Source of the DNA: Gnetum montanum
Lineage: Eukaryota; Plantae; Gnetophyta
DNA: 64,000 bases
NCBI GenBank assembly: GCA_015680685.1
Contig: MNCI01001077.1
Span: forward strand, 675,037-739,036
Direction: 5' to 3'
This document shows positions 37,616 to 51,559 of this stretch, one piece after another. Under the pieces are notes generated by a model. That model was given only the letters and a program-made list of their open reading frames with translations, was not told the origin of the DNA and did not search any database. Each line of letters opens with the position of its first letter. Position 1 is the stretch's first letter. The translations under genes were made by a program, and so were the position numbers.

Positions 37616-38857
37616 TTAATCCCTCTTTATCGACGTCTAGAAGACAGGCTCGATAGATGTCGACAAAGAATACGAAATACCGCAGCAAGAAAAATGCTAA
37701 GGTTGTCACTCCATGACTATTGAGACGTTTCTTGGCTACACTTGAGAGTGTTGCATTGGTTTTACAGAGGTTAAGGCAGAGCGCAGAGATGATATTTAAC
37801 TGAGTCCCTTGTCGGAGTGCTCTGAGGGGCTTCTTTGCATTTTCATCTTTGGCTGGCGCTATTCTTCAACCTCTTGAAGGATAGGTGCTCCCTTCGTAGG
37901 ATGATTTACGTTACATTCATGAAGGGTTTTGACCTACCTATGTTCACCTTCCATATGGCGAGTTGTGTTACGCACGTGTTGGATTCTACACTCTAAAGTA
38001 GATGAGCTAGTCAAGGCACTCACTTCACCATGCTGTAGCAAGAGGTGTCTACGGAGGCATAGGTCTTGCTGGCTGCTAGCATTGTTGTTACTCTTGGGCA
38101 CCATTGCTTGTGTGAGATGCCCAAAGCTATAAGGCTAGCAGTGACCTTGGTAGTGCCGGCATGGAGGAGCTGGCCTCCAAGGTGTCGAGGATTCTTGTGG
38201 ATGCGAATGCACTAGAATCCCCGCCAAAGGCATGCATGCTCAGTTTTAGCTATGGGATTGGCTACCACATAGCTAAACATCACACAAGCTGAAACCTTGG
38301 TAGGGGAATGAAAAGAAACAATATTGTGGCTAGGCCACAATACTGCTGGCACTCCAGATGTGGGAACTAGCCTAGGAACTACTTTCAGGGCAGTGGGCCA
38401 TGGTGATAGTAGGTTTGAAGGGCCAATGTGATGTCACATGGTGTCTTCGAAGGATCAACATGATGCCAAGTGTGGTGGTGCCATGTATGTTCTAGACCAT
38501 GTTCTCATTGTGTCGTGAACTATATCCTAGAGCCACGACATCCCACCCACACGTTGGCATTATGCCCATTCATTCGACGTGCATCTGGTGATGGTGCCTG
38601 CTGAGGGTGCAACATGAACCCAATTTAAGGTCTTGGTAGACCATGTGCTGGTTCAAGGTCTTAGCAGACCACTGTGCTAGTTTAAGGTCCCAGCAGACCG
38701 TACATGCCAATTTTACGTCATAGCAGATGGTTGCTTCCAGTTCAACACCATAGTAGGAATTGCTTGATGCCACTACTTTATCATCATTGCAGAAGTTTCT
38801 TAGTGTTGTTGCCAGTTTATTGTCATAGCAGATGGTGCCTTTTGTTGCCATGGTGCT

Positions 38858-41800
38858 TCAGACATAGTACAGTTTGAGATGCGAGTGATTCACTCGGTTG
38901 GTCAACTCATTGCTATCCATGTCCACCATCTTAAAGGCTCCATTTCCAAAGGCTTTGGTGACCACATAAGGACCTTCCGAATTGGTTGAGAATTTTCTCA
39001 CATGTTCATGGATGACCTTGAGGATGAGGTCTCCCTTCTACATTGGCTATCGATGCAGGTCTGCACAGTGCTTTTGCTATTGTTTGTTCTGATAGTGCTT
39101 GATGCGTCTCAATGTTTTAGGATCATCTAGAGTGAGGTTACCTACGACTCAAGAGGAAATACCACTTTAGATCCATAGACAAGACTATAAGGGGTCTTAA
39201 TTGTTGCAGTTTGGCATGTTGTTTGGTAGGCCCAGAGGACATAGAGTATTTGCTCGTGCCACCACCTCTTGCTGTTGTTAAGCATCTGCTTCAGCAAGTT
39301 AATGATGGACTTATTTGTAGCCTCAACTTGCCCATTCACCTATCGATAATAAAGGGAAGAAAATGATTATTTAATGCCTAGATTGATACAGAAGGTTCAG
39401 GTCTCCATACTGCTAAATTGTGGGCCATTGTTGGTCACAATAGTCATCGCAAGCCCAAACCTAGTTACTATGTTATCAAGGATGAAATGGCAGATTTGCT
39501 GGGATGTCATCTTCCTCAGGGGAATAGCCTCCACCCACTTGGTAAAATACTCCGTGGCAGTGATAATGAAGGTATGCCCTATGAAGGACTTAGGCGTGAT
39601 AGACCCTATGAGGTCTAGTCCCCATCATTGGAAGGGCCACGTGATTTGCATTGGGTGTAGGTCTATAGGTCCTACCTGTATGAGATTTGCATATCTTTGG
39701 CATGTGTTGCACATCTTGACTTTCGACAGGCAGTCATGTTCCATGTAGGGAAAATAGTACCCTAGGCATTTGATTTTTGCCACCATAGCCTTGGGTGCTA
39801 TGTGTTCACCGCACAGCCCTTCATGAATCTCATTAACTACCTTTTGTGCCTGCTCGCCACCCATGCATGCCAGTAATATCCCATCATAGGATTATTGGCA
39901 CAGGGTATCATTTCCCATGATCACGCTTACGAATTGCATCTCTCTGGGCCAATGTCAATCCACTTGGGGGGTTCTCCATGTTGTAGATAAGCTTTAATGT
40001 TATCGTACCACTCCGGGGTATCTACAGCATCGATAGAGGCCACGTGTTCTACCTGAGTGATAGGCTCTATACATTTTGTGATCGCGGTTGGCAAGTTTGC
40101 CAAAGAATGTGATGGGATGTTTAACGCGAGGGTAGCTAGGGCATCTGCTATGGTGTTCTCATTACATGGCACATGTTTCACATCAATGGTTGTGAATTGC
40201 TTGAGTAGGATTTTTGCTAGGTCGCAGTATGGTTGTAGGTGTGTAGCCTTGTAGGTGTATACTTCGGTGACATGATTCACGACTAGTTGTGAATCTCCTC
40301 GAATTTCCAAATGTTTTATACTTAGCGCTAAGGCAATTAAGAGGTCTCTAAGTAGCCCCTCATATTCTTCCATGTTGTTGGTGCAAGGGAACATAAAAAA
40401 ATAAGCAGATGGATACATTTCCCTAGAGGGGAATGTGATCGTGGCAGCAGCGCTACCTCCTCGTATGGTTGAGGCATCGTCAAAATGGAAGGTAGCCACG
40501 AAATGGGATAGGACAATGGCAACATTGCTAACGTATTCATCTAGGAATTCTGGGTCTATGGTAGCCTGGTCGTCGACTGGCGAGGCCATAAGTTGGGTTG
40601 CTATAGCTTCACCCTTTGTCAACAATTGACTTACATAGCATAGGTCGAACTCCGCGGTTATTTCCTTCCATTGGGCTATCCTGCTACTTTCGTACAAGTT
40701 GCTAGTGATATTCTGAAGTATGTTACTTTTGCAAATGATGTTGGTTATGCTGCTGAATAGGTAATGCCGCCACTTTTTTACTGCATATACTAAGGCTAGG
40801 CAATTCCTCTCCACTTTTTTGTATTTTGCCTCGCATGCTACTAGTTTGTGGCTCAGGTAGTACACCGGTATCTCAGAACCATCGTCTCAATCTAACATAG
40901 CAGTGCCACTATGGATGTGTTAGAGGTGGTAAGGTATATGAAGAAAGGCTTGTCCTTTTGCGATGGGTGCACCGTTGGGAGCTGTGAGAGCTCCTTCTTC
41001 AGGTCATCAAAGGATTTTTGACACTAGGTTTTCCATTCAAAGTCATCTACTACCTCCTTGGACTTAACTGCTATGTCATCTATGTAATCGTTTAATGTTT
41101 CTAAGATGTAGTCACTGAAAATGTAGGTCATGGCTTGCTGGTAGGTTACTCTAGCATTCTTGAGTCTGAAAGGCATCATGGTATAGTAGAAGGTTCCTCA
41201 TGGAGTCATGAAGGTTGTTAACAACTGGTGCTCTGGGTTGATGCAGATTTGGTTGTATCCAGAGAAGCCATCTATGAAGGATAGCAAAGCATGACCAGCT
41301 GTGGTGTCGATGAGTTGATCAATTCTCGAGAGTGGGAAGTTGTCTTTGATTGTTGCCTTGTTCAAGTATCAAAAGTCTATAAAAATTCATATCCCTCCCA
41401 TTTTCTTTGAAACTACAACGATGTTGGATACCCACTCTAAATAATTGATTACTAGGATGAAACCTGCTTGGTATAACTTAGTGATTTCATCCCTCATGAC
41501 TAGTGTGATTTTTGGCTTAATTTTATGAGCTTTTTTCTTACTAGCCTTTACGTGTGGATCTAGGACGATGTTATGCCGAATCAACCATGGATCCAGACCC
41601 AACATGTTGTTGTATGACCATGCAAATACATTGATATGGTCCTGTAGAGTTTTAACTACGCCTTCATGTGTTTGTGTGTCTAGGAGGGAGCTGAGTCTTA
41701 ATGTCTTTACCTTCCCCTTTGATGTGGTCACGGGTATCTTGACAAGAGGATCCTCGGTTACATCCCTGACCTCTAAATCTAGGGCTTGGACTAGATGCCT

Positions 41801-41947
41801 GGGCCAATCTGGGAATGCTTCTAAGGTTGCTATAGTGTTAATCGTAGTCGACCCCCAGTTGATAATGTCGGGGTTCAACTATCTTGCGAGCTTGCCCTAT
41901 GGCCCTGCTATCATTAAAGGCATGGAAATGGCACAATGGATTCCCAT
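38858..41947 (-). pseudogene. pol: pol of D: RT (internal deletion near 41050), RH, aRH, INT with GPY module
   Basis: ORFs 41387..41878, 39927..40865, 39625..39864 and 39142..39339. YIDD near 41085. C-terminus EGPYVVTKAFGNGAFK...HLKLYYV-stop. Confidence 0.92.
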
Positions 41948-42660
41948 CTCTTACTTGACCTACCATCATAAGATGAAATCTTGGATAAGGATCATCATAG
42001 ATTGTGTGAAACGCAAATCTACAATGCAACACTGAGATGCAACTTGCTAAGCGAGGTGATTTAAAGATTGAAAGTTTGCTAGTTTAAGGTCATGGTGGAC
42101 CACCAAGGTGCAAGAGTGTAGAATTTCTAATGGAACGTGTGACTGTCGACATGAGAATTTCAAGCTGCTAGTTTAGTGTCATCTCAGACTACCATATTGC
42201 AACATGCAAAATCTTGATATGCAAAACAACAAAAAAAGGAAATTACGAATACGAGTATCAAACTACCAGTGTGAAAATTGAATCATGAAACTACTAGGAA
42301 ATGTGACACTACCTATGTGGAAGAGGATGAGGTGACTCTGGTGTAAGGATATGCTTAGTTTAATGTCATTGCGGACTACGAACGTAATGGGTCAAAACTA
42401 CTATTTTAGGGTCTTTTCGAACCCTGAGGAGTGCAACTATGCTAGGCTCATTAGTTTAAGGTGTTTTCAGACCCTTAATCGAAAATAAATATTATTATAT
42501 TTTTTCTTTATCTTCGGGAAGGCAAGTAGTTGGCTTGAAGTGTGTCAAGGCTTAAATGTTAATAGTGTTATGATGTCATGGCGAGCATGCTACGCTACAC
42601 GGTGCACTCCACATTAATCAGAGAGAGAAAGAGGTAAGTTTTTCCATCTTGCCCTTGCAG

Positions 42661-42670
42661 CTATAAATAG
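42661..42670 (+). promoter_or_regulatory. TATA box of D's accessory gene
   Basis: CTATAAATAG pointing away from pol and toward the accessory gene. Confidence 0.6.
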
Positions 42671-42820
42671 GGGTTAAACATGGGTAATTTCGTTGTTTCC
42701 ACCGTAAGAGCGCAGAACCCTCATCGTAGCATATGGTGAATTCGGAGTGCGAAGCAGTTGTGTTGATCGACTAGCAAGACGAATTTCTACAGTGAAGGTC
42801 ATAAATCTGCAAGGAGGGCC

Positions 42821-45800
42821 ATGGCTCCTAAGACTCATCTGGTGCTTGCAAAGGTTGAGGAGGTGAAAATGCCCTGAGATGCATGCCACAAGCACACGTT
42901 CTAGCATGAGAGAGCACATCGTTGACCTAGTAAGTTTTCATGCCTCCTTCGCTCTTTTCATTTTACACCTTTTGCTATTTTTTTCTTTGGTTTTGCATCC
43001 TATTTGTTCTGCTATTTGTGTTTTCTATGACCATGTTATTTTAGCCTTTGTATCGTTGTGGCCTCTTTCGGTCGTGGCCGATGTGCAAAGGTTTTGTTGT
43101 AAGGCTGCTGGGACTGCTACCATTGCGGCTATCATGCCCGTAGGGCTGGGGAAGTTTAAGCTGTTTAACCTTGGCATGTCATAACGTAAAACGCTTGGGA
43201 GGGTTTGGTCATGTGTGACGAGTGTTTTTTTTATGCATGTTATCAATTATTTTACTGCTACGCTGAGCTACTTGCATGTTTTGACTATGCTAGGCTCTCA
43301 CACCTTTTCTATGCTATGTATGGGTAGAGGATTATGCTATGCTATATTTATGGACTACTAGACGTTGCTATGTTGCACATGTATTGCGTTCAAGTGTGAC
43401 ACCAACATTCGTTGATTAAATTGTGCAAGGCTGGGCCAAGGTCTAGGCTGATCATTTTGGACCTTGGAAGGGTCCTATGCCATGTAAGCAAACCTATGGC
43501 CAATGCTCCTCCTCCCTTGATACATGTGGGAGATCGAGCGGTTTGGTTTAGGGTAGGGGCACAAGACTCCTTGCAATTCCTTCCGAACCACTTTAGTGTG
43601 ATTGTTTAGTCTTTCTTAGAAGAGATGCAAGCATCTGGCATAATAGAGGCCATGTTGCCAAGGGAAAATCGGGGCATCCTGAGATACCTTTCCGATGAGG
43701 GGACCATGAGCAAGCAGGGAGGGGGGTCCAGCCAACATGCAATAGGGTTGAGGCATTTAGCCTAGATCTGGGACATGCAGGAATACCAGTGCTATCACCC
43801 GTACAACACATTGTACCTCACACATCACATGGCGATGTACTTTCAGAACCCATAGGGGATAGTCTATTGTGCTGGTGGGTGAGTTTTGCATCTTTTCTTT
43901 GCTTCATTGTGCAACAGCATCTATACTTGGCTGAATGCTAATAGTGTGTGTTTGTCACCAGGTCCTACATTGATGATGATGGGGTTCATGATCAACCAAA
44001 TCTGCTGGCTATGACACAGCTAGCCCTACAGGAGTTTGCTTCCGCCAAGAGCTTGCGGGTGAGCGTGATTGGTCATTACGGGGGAGAATACCGTAGTTAC
44101 CCATGCACGCTCATCAATTTCTACAATTAGTTTAGGGTGAAGGATTGGCTGGACAAGAAGTGGAGAAAACCTTTAAAATAGGTCACACTTGAAGCAGTTC
44201 TGGCGATTGAACTCCCGCTATTCCCATTACCGTATAGACGTGTTGGGTCAAAAGGTAGGCACCACATGCTCAAGTATTTTTGTAATCTTTGCATTCTCTG
44301 CATTATTAGGCTATGTTTGTTTTGTGAAAATCATTTTAGGGGCAAGGAAGCCTCACGAGGTGATGGTGGTAACCACCAAGAGGCAAGGGGAAAACATCTA
44401 CTTTAAATACAGTGAAGTAGCAATGAGCTAGAGCTAGTTAGAATGAGGGACCCTAGAATCTTTACTCAAGAAAGTTTTAAATGTGGGGCTTATGGATCTA
44501 TTCATGGCTCCAAATCTGGGCATCTCTACTACCTAGATGCTCTCCTTGGTCAACTCCTTCTCTGGGAAGGCGAGTCATTTTCATGACTACGTGCGGGGCG
44601 TGCAGGTGGTCATTGACATCGATGACCAGCTATTTAAGGATTTGTTTGGCATTCTTGCCGATGGAGCCCCCGTACTGTCGAAGGAAAAATAGGAGTTAAC
44701 CTTGCAGAAGTAGCATATTGAGGAGTGGTTGAGGCTCTCCAAGGAGCGAAAAGGATTTCCCATGGAAAATCTTAAGGATAGCCTTGCCATGGGGATATAC
44801 CTAGTCTTTTGTGCTCGTGCATTTCATCAACTGCTCATCGAAGGAAAGGTCCTAGGGCTTGAGTAGGCTTGGGTAATGTGGAAAGTCATGGAGGAGGGGG
44901 CCCATTACAACTGGGCCAAATTCCTATGTAGTGGTTTATAGGCTGAGATCTTGGGACTCCGTGAGCAAATGCAGTCTCTCTCTAACATACACTATGCCTT
45001 CTACATAGGCTATTTAAAGTGCTTCGTAGAGTTCTTGGTGGTTCAAGAGGATGGAGTCTGGTCCATGCTAGACCATGACCAGATTCCGAAGCCATAGATT
45101 CAGCAGGTCCTCCAAACTATGCAAGCCCAAGATCCTCCAAAAATGGTTGAGAAGTCATTGTCTATATGACTAAAGGTCTGGCAGTTCGTAGCGCTCGCAG
45201 CTAGGACAGTGTAGGAGAGACCCCCCTGTTATAGTTGGTAGCATGATATAGGGTGAACGTCTCATAGCTGAGACTATGCCCAAGGATCTGCGAAGGAAGA
45301 GACCTCCCCCAAACAAGGAAAGCTCTCATGAAGAGGAAGGACAGAGATTGCGGCTAAAGCTGCGGCGAACACAACCCCCCATTGGTAAGCATTTTTGTAT
45401 AATGCTTATTTTGTTATAGTTTGCTATGTTATGCTGTGCTAGGTGGTGTGACGTAGCATAGCACCTATTTTGAACCAGCTTGTTTTGAATCGATGCAAAC
45501 ATGCCTTTTTTACTTAGCAAAGGAAGAAGAAGATGAAGAAGAAGACAATGAGGAAGTATTAGCCCTTAGGACAAGGCTGACGAATAAATATGTGGAGGCC
45601 CCAATTTCAAAGAAAAGGGCCCCAATTAGGAATAATGGAGATCCTTTCTCTAGGACAAAGGCTCTTGTCATTATGGATCCTCTTCCTACCAATGAAGAGG
45701 TACCTCCCCAAAATAAAAAAGATGTTGGTCTCTTGAAAGGAAAGGCACTAGTGCATGAGGAAGGGACTTGCATGGATTTGGTAGGGCCCTCTACCATGTC

Positions 45801-47198
45801 TACCACGATCATCTTATCTCAATAAGAAGAAAGACTGTAGTTGGGCAGTGGTGAGTTTGTGAGACGTCTGCCTCATTATAGTCCATTTTGGCTATTGCTA
45901 ACATGCTTAATCGTGTAACAGGTGTTACTGCTAACACCGCGAGACCTCCTCCGCCTCATACAAAGTTGTGGGTCGACGTCCTTGACAAGTTTACGTTTGT
46001 GCAGGTACTTGTTGATGATATGATCAGACGCCTTCAACAAGTGGACCCTCATGCAGGTAAGTATCAACGTTAACTGCCCTTATGTTTCTACGCTGAGGCT
46101 TTCGAGTTTCTTGATTATGCTATGCTAACGCAATTACTACGCTCTATGCGTTAAATAGACTCTCAGCTCAAGTGGGACCCGACACGACCTATGAAGGTTG
46201 GCGTGATGCCCACACTCTCACCTGACGTGATCGAGGTATCTCATCACATGTTTGATGAGGTTTATAAGTGTTTCTTGCACCCGGCATGCTCTCTGTGGGA
46301 ATGTAGGCACACCAATGAGGACTTGTGGAAATGCGTCCAAAGGGCTGAGCAGAGAGAGGCCAACTTGGCTGCCGAGGTGGAGAATCTTAGGTCGAGGAAT
46401 ACTTTTCTTATAAACCACAACCCTGACCCAGTTGATTGGAAGAGGGCTATAGACGACTACATCAGGTTTGGGACTGTCGTTCATCAGAACATTGAATCCA
46501 CCTGCAAGATAGTCGAATAGCAAAGGTAGATGAACTTGCTAGCCCAGAAGTTCCAAGACATGAAATACATTAGCACTAAGGTCTTCTAATGGGGAAAAAT
46601 CGAGAGAAACCATAAACATATGTACAAGATGGAGAATGAGACCCACTAGAAACTGTATAGAGACACTACTATGGAGGCATTCACGTATGAAGCATTCGTG
46701 AAGGTCATCGGTGCTTTTGAGGCCTATGCTAAGTTTAAAGAGTAGGTAGAGGTCATGGAATCTCCTAACTTGACGGTGAACCTTCCGATAGGAGGGACCA
46801 CAACCACTTCCCTTTCCATGGAACCTCTAAAATGGATGATCGCGGAAAGGGAGAAGGCTGCTACAGTGAATGTTGAACCCAGCGACAGGTGTTGGATGGA
46901 TATTTCGATAGAGGAGATTTTGTGTCACCTCAGGCTTGGTCTAGACCAAATACCCCTTGAGACTAGCGTAGGCTCCTCTCAGGTTAGTCGGTTTCATGTT
47001 ATGTTATAGCTTGCATTTATTGCATTTTTTGCCCTAGCTAACTACTTCATTCTTACAGTGCAAGCTCCATATGAGGGTGCGAGACCTATGGGGAGAGGGA
47101 ATGCAAGATCGTTAGAAGGCAATGTAGGAGCGGGTGATGCAAAAGTAGATGAAGCGGAGGCAAATAGTGAAGGCATTGCAACTAGAAACAACCCATGA
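42821..47198 (+). pseudogene. Antisense accessory gene of D (first exon uncertain)
   Basis: HAD-like exon ~43420-43878 (SRLIILDLGRVL...VWFRVGAQDSLQFLPNHFSVIV*S...IWDMQEYQCYHPYNTLYL...FQNP). Introns at the same sites as in B. ORFs 45493..45825, 46191..46520 and 46755..47009. Stop at 47196-47198. Confidence 0.8.
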
Positions 47199-47714
47199 TA
47201 GCATGGGAGTTTCCTTTTTCAAAAATTTTTATTTTTGAAAATTTTGCAACATTGCCAATAGGCAAAAATTTTGAATGAAATGAAAAACTTCAACAAGGAA
47301 ATCGATTTTGTGTAAACTTGTGTATTATGTAAATTTTTCATGCTTTCATATACTAGTTTTAGGCCATCTCGGGCCATTTCTAGTTTTGGGCCATTTCGGG
47401 CCGTTGTGTGACAAATTAAAGCGATAAGCGATAATGCTAGTTTTAGGCCTTTTTGGGCCAATGCAAAAAGAGGTAGTTCATTAACAAAGAAATAAGGTGA
47501 TGATGCTAGTTTTAGGCCATTTCGGGCAATTAGCGTAGCAGGCTAGAACAGTGGTATGTTAATAAAGTGGAACACAGTGATGCTAGTTTTAGGCCATTCT
47601 AGGTCGTAGTGTAGCATGTCGCACGGTCAACATACTAACAAGGCAAGGAAATGATGAATGTAGAAGGATAGCGATCGGGCCAGAAGCCGTAGGGCTGCTA
47701 TGCTATGCGTAGCT

Positions 47715-50700
47715 ACTTCTTGACCCATCATGGATTGATCAAAACATAAGGTCAAGGTGTTTCACTAGGGCCCCCATTCATATCATTATCCTTCACTTAG
47801 AAAGGCAACTCAACCGATGTGTTTTTGATTTGAGGGCGGGTTCGCTGGACCAACCCTTATGTTGCATGATTAGGTGCTTCATCCTTAGAGGTTGTAACTT
47901 CTAAACCCTATTCAATGCCTACGTTGCGGATTTCTTGCGTTGTCACTTTATCATGACGGATTACCACCTCTCTACCTACATATGTAAGTGGATTTCCTAG
48001 TGTATAGGTGAGGAGATAGCCTTGAGTTGTGCTAACCATGATCTCCCCAAGATTATGTTGAACCCAGGCATTTCTTCGACTACGATGAATGTTGCGTTTG
48101 TCAAGAACCGGTCCCCTACTACGAAGTCTACATGAACTATGCCCTTCACCAAGATGCATGCCCCATTGAACGACCTTAGACACAATGTCATTGTTGGTTT
48201 GATTTGTTTGACCAACCCCAACTTATCCACAATAGGGAAGGGAATGATGTTCGTGGCAGTCCCATCATCAATGTGTACCCTTTGGATCTGGTGTTGGCCG
48301 ACCCAAATTGTGATAAAGAGAGGCATCATAGTTACTTAACCCCCTTCAGGATCTTCCCTAATGGCATCGTTACTAAAAATTAATTGAGGTGTTGTGGAAT
48401 CCGCGAGTACAGAGGGAAGCATTACTGAGTGGATCACTCCCTCTTCTACTAGCATGTTCCCATTGACCAGAATCATGGTTAACATGTAGACTAGAGCCTC
48501 TCGGTGAGGTACAGATGTCATGAGTAAGTCTTACAAGCTCAATGTAGCATTTTTCTACTTTAGGGCTTGCCTGACCTGGGTGAGGGTGTCCAAGAAGTCT
48601 TGGCTACCCACCTTTTTGACATTTTCCTCCTCTTCAATTAGTCCTAGAAGATGAATCTCTCAAAGAGAGATGACCTCGGACCTAGGTTCAAATCCTTGTC
48701 AGCAAGGTAATGTAGGCTATGTAATCATGTCGACCTTCATATTTGGTGATGAAGGTGTAAATACAAGGGGCGAAGGCATAGACTTGGAGATACCTTTGAT
48801 AGTACTTCCCTTCGATGTCTCATCCACTAAGTGGGCTTCTCGCCTTGTGGGGTAAGGAGGTTGTTTAATGTTGTTGCACGGGATGGGGGTTGTCAAAGAT
48901 GTTGGCCTCCTAATGATGAATGGAGCTAGAGGTGTTAACTAACAAGGTCATGTGATCTCGCCTACAGGCAGTGCAGAGGTAGATGCCTGTGGTGGAACTT
49001 TTAGGATGAAGGATAGCTGTGAGCTTGGACCAACCATTGGTGGTATTGGTGCACTACACTGAGGCACAAGAATTTCAAATGACTAGAAGGGTGGCCTCAG
49101 ATCATTGGAAATACTGATGGTGTTGATCATGTAACCAGCATTATTGGTCTTGAGGGGATCTATGTAGACATACATAAATTGATTTTCATGGCGGAATGGA
49201 TTCCTTTCATCCAGCACCATCTTTCCCAGGTTGATTAATCTTTGGATGTCATCCTACAACGACAAACAATAATCCATGATGTGACCACATAGTTGGTGGT
49301 AGTTACAAAACCTATCTAGCCTGAAACCCCTAGGAATAGGGAGGCTTATTGGGCAAGTCCAAAGAGGGATTCCTAAGGAGCTCATAGTAGCGTTGATGTC
49401 TCATGTTTGCTTCCTTTGACATCTGCTTGTGTTGGATGTATCCCGCTGCCAATAGTTGCTTCAGGACTTCTAAAGGTTTGAGAGGTAGTGGAGTGTATTT
49501 GAATGATCTTTGCTCTTGAAGCTAGGTTTAGTGTATGCAGATGTCTCAGGTGTAGGTGTGGGGGGCCTAGTTTGGGCAGAGAGTTAGCTGTAGGTATGGC
49601 TGGTTTCTTGTTATTCTTGCTTCCACTGTTGATAGGTTTGGGCTTAGCCTCGGTTGCCATAGTGGCCACTATGGTTGTTGGGTCCTTACCCTTGTCCTTT
49701 TTTGCAGAGTTTTTCTTGTAAGTGATGTAGGTCGAGTCTTTGCTTGCCTCAACCATGTCTTGTATGCTTTTAGTCTAAGCGAAAGCTTTGCTAAGAGAGC
49801 ATGGAGCGAGATAATACAGCTTGGACTTAATGAAGTCATTCACTACATCCCTAAAGATGGCTAACAAGTGAGCCTCCATGATGGGCTTATGGATTTCGTT
49901 AAGGATCATGCTCCAATGTTGAATGAATTTTTGGATTAGTTCTAACGGGTCTTGTATCATGCCCATCAGCTAATCCAGTGTGGTTTCTAACTTCAAGTTG
50001 TACTCGAAGCATGTCACAAAATGGGTCAAGAGTTCTTTCAAAGTTGAAATGGATGAACGTGGCAATGTGCAGTACCAATCTAGGGTTTTCCTAGCTAGGG
50101 ACATGGCAAAGACACAAATGATCATATGCAGCCATTGTTGCAGTAGCAAAGACTCTAACTAGAAAGTGATGAGATGTGTATTGGAATCTCCCTCCTTGTC
50201 GTACTTCGTGAAGTGTGGGAGAGAAATCATAGGCGATAATATGAAAGTAGGGATTGCAGGATTGACTAGGTCATCCTGATAAAAGTCCATGACTTGCACC
50301 ATGTCAGACCCAATAGCTTTGAGGCATTTTATTTCCTCAGTTAGGATCTAGATGAGTTGAAACGTTTGGTCCAGACCTAGTGACATTGTAGATGGCTGAC
50401 GGATTGTACAGGAAACTCCCACATGCGGCATGGTGGCAGTGGTGGGTTGACCCATTGGCGATGCCATTGGGGCCACCCCTACTAAAGGTGTTGCTTGCAT
50501 TGTCCACCACCTAGTGGGTGGTATTTTCGGACTGGTAATAGCGAGTTGAGTCACCGAATAGACCATTTGGATTACCGGCGGGACAAACCATGGCCCCGTG
50601 CCAGGATGTATCATTTGTGGGGTTGGGTAGGTCTGAGGGCAAACATAGTGAGACATCTGTGATGGTTGTAGAATAGACAAAAAGGTGAATGGGGTCCACC

Positions 50701-51490
50701 ACGTGGATGGGCCTAGGCCCACCATAGTGGGTGGAAAAAATGCATACGTAGGAATTGGCATAGCAGTTATGTGCGGTTGCGAAGTAGGTACAGTATGGAC
50801 ATGCAGTAGGGTAGCCGTGATAGGCATGTTACACACTGTAGGGATGTGTTGATAAACAGTTTGTAGTGGCACAGTTGCTACAAGCACAACCAAGGAATAA
50901 GGATGATGATACATTGAGTATGTGGCATGGCTACCCATTGCAGTTGTGGTCGTAGGCTATTGAAGTGTAGACGTGATGACAAAGGGAGTAGTGACAAACA
51001 ACGGGTTGGCCCAGAAGGACTCGATAGGTGCAATAGAAACAAGGTTGACTTGACCCCCCTTGTTAGATTTGGAATTGAGCTCCTCCTATCCATCTTGAAA
51101 GGCATCATCCTAGTTGGACGCAGTGTCTGGTTGATCCTTAAGTCTAGCCAACTAGATCAATTGGTCTAGTAGACTTTGATACGCTTGCATTAAAAGCAAA
51201 GGAATGTTGGGGATAGGAATGAATTCCTTCCCATTGCAATAAGTGAACTCGAAGCTACATTTTTCATCAAGTTCATGTAAATCCAAGGGTAGATTAGCCT
51301 AAACCTTCATGCAAAGGAAAATATAATGCTCATGTTGCCAGGATAATCCCTCAGGTTCCCTGTTTTGGATTCTGAGAGATCGACATGCTTCCATCGCGAG
51401 GTTCAACGGTTGTTCTGCAAGAGTGGTGCCTTGAACTATGAAGGGCACCTCCGTGTTGAAGGTGTTAACAGCAGTGGTGGCGAAAGCCAT
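47715..51490 (-). pseudogene. gag: gag-protease of D
   Basis: ORFs 51299..51490, 50348..50938, 49775..49966, 49382..49756 and 47997..48329 (VHIDDGTATN...FNIILGRSWL). The 3' limit is approximate. Confidence 0.88.
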
Positions 51491-51559
51491 TGCTAAGTAA
51501 GTGATTATGCAAAAAATGCAAGAAGTGCAAAAAGAACAAAAGGGCTAAAAAAGCAACAG

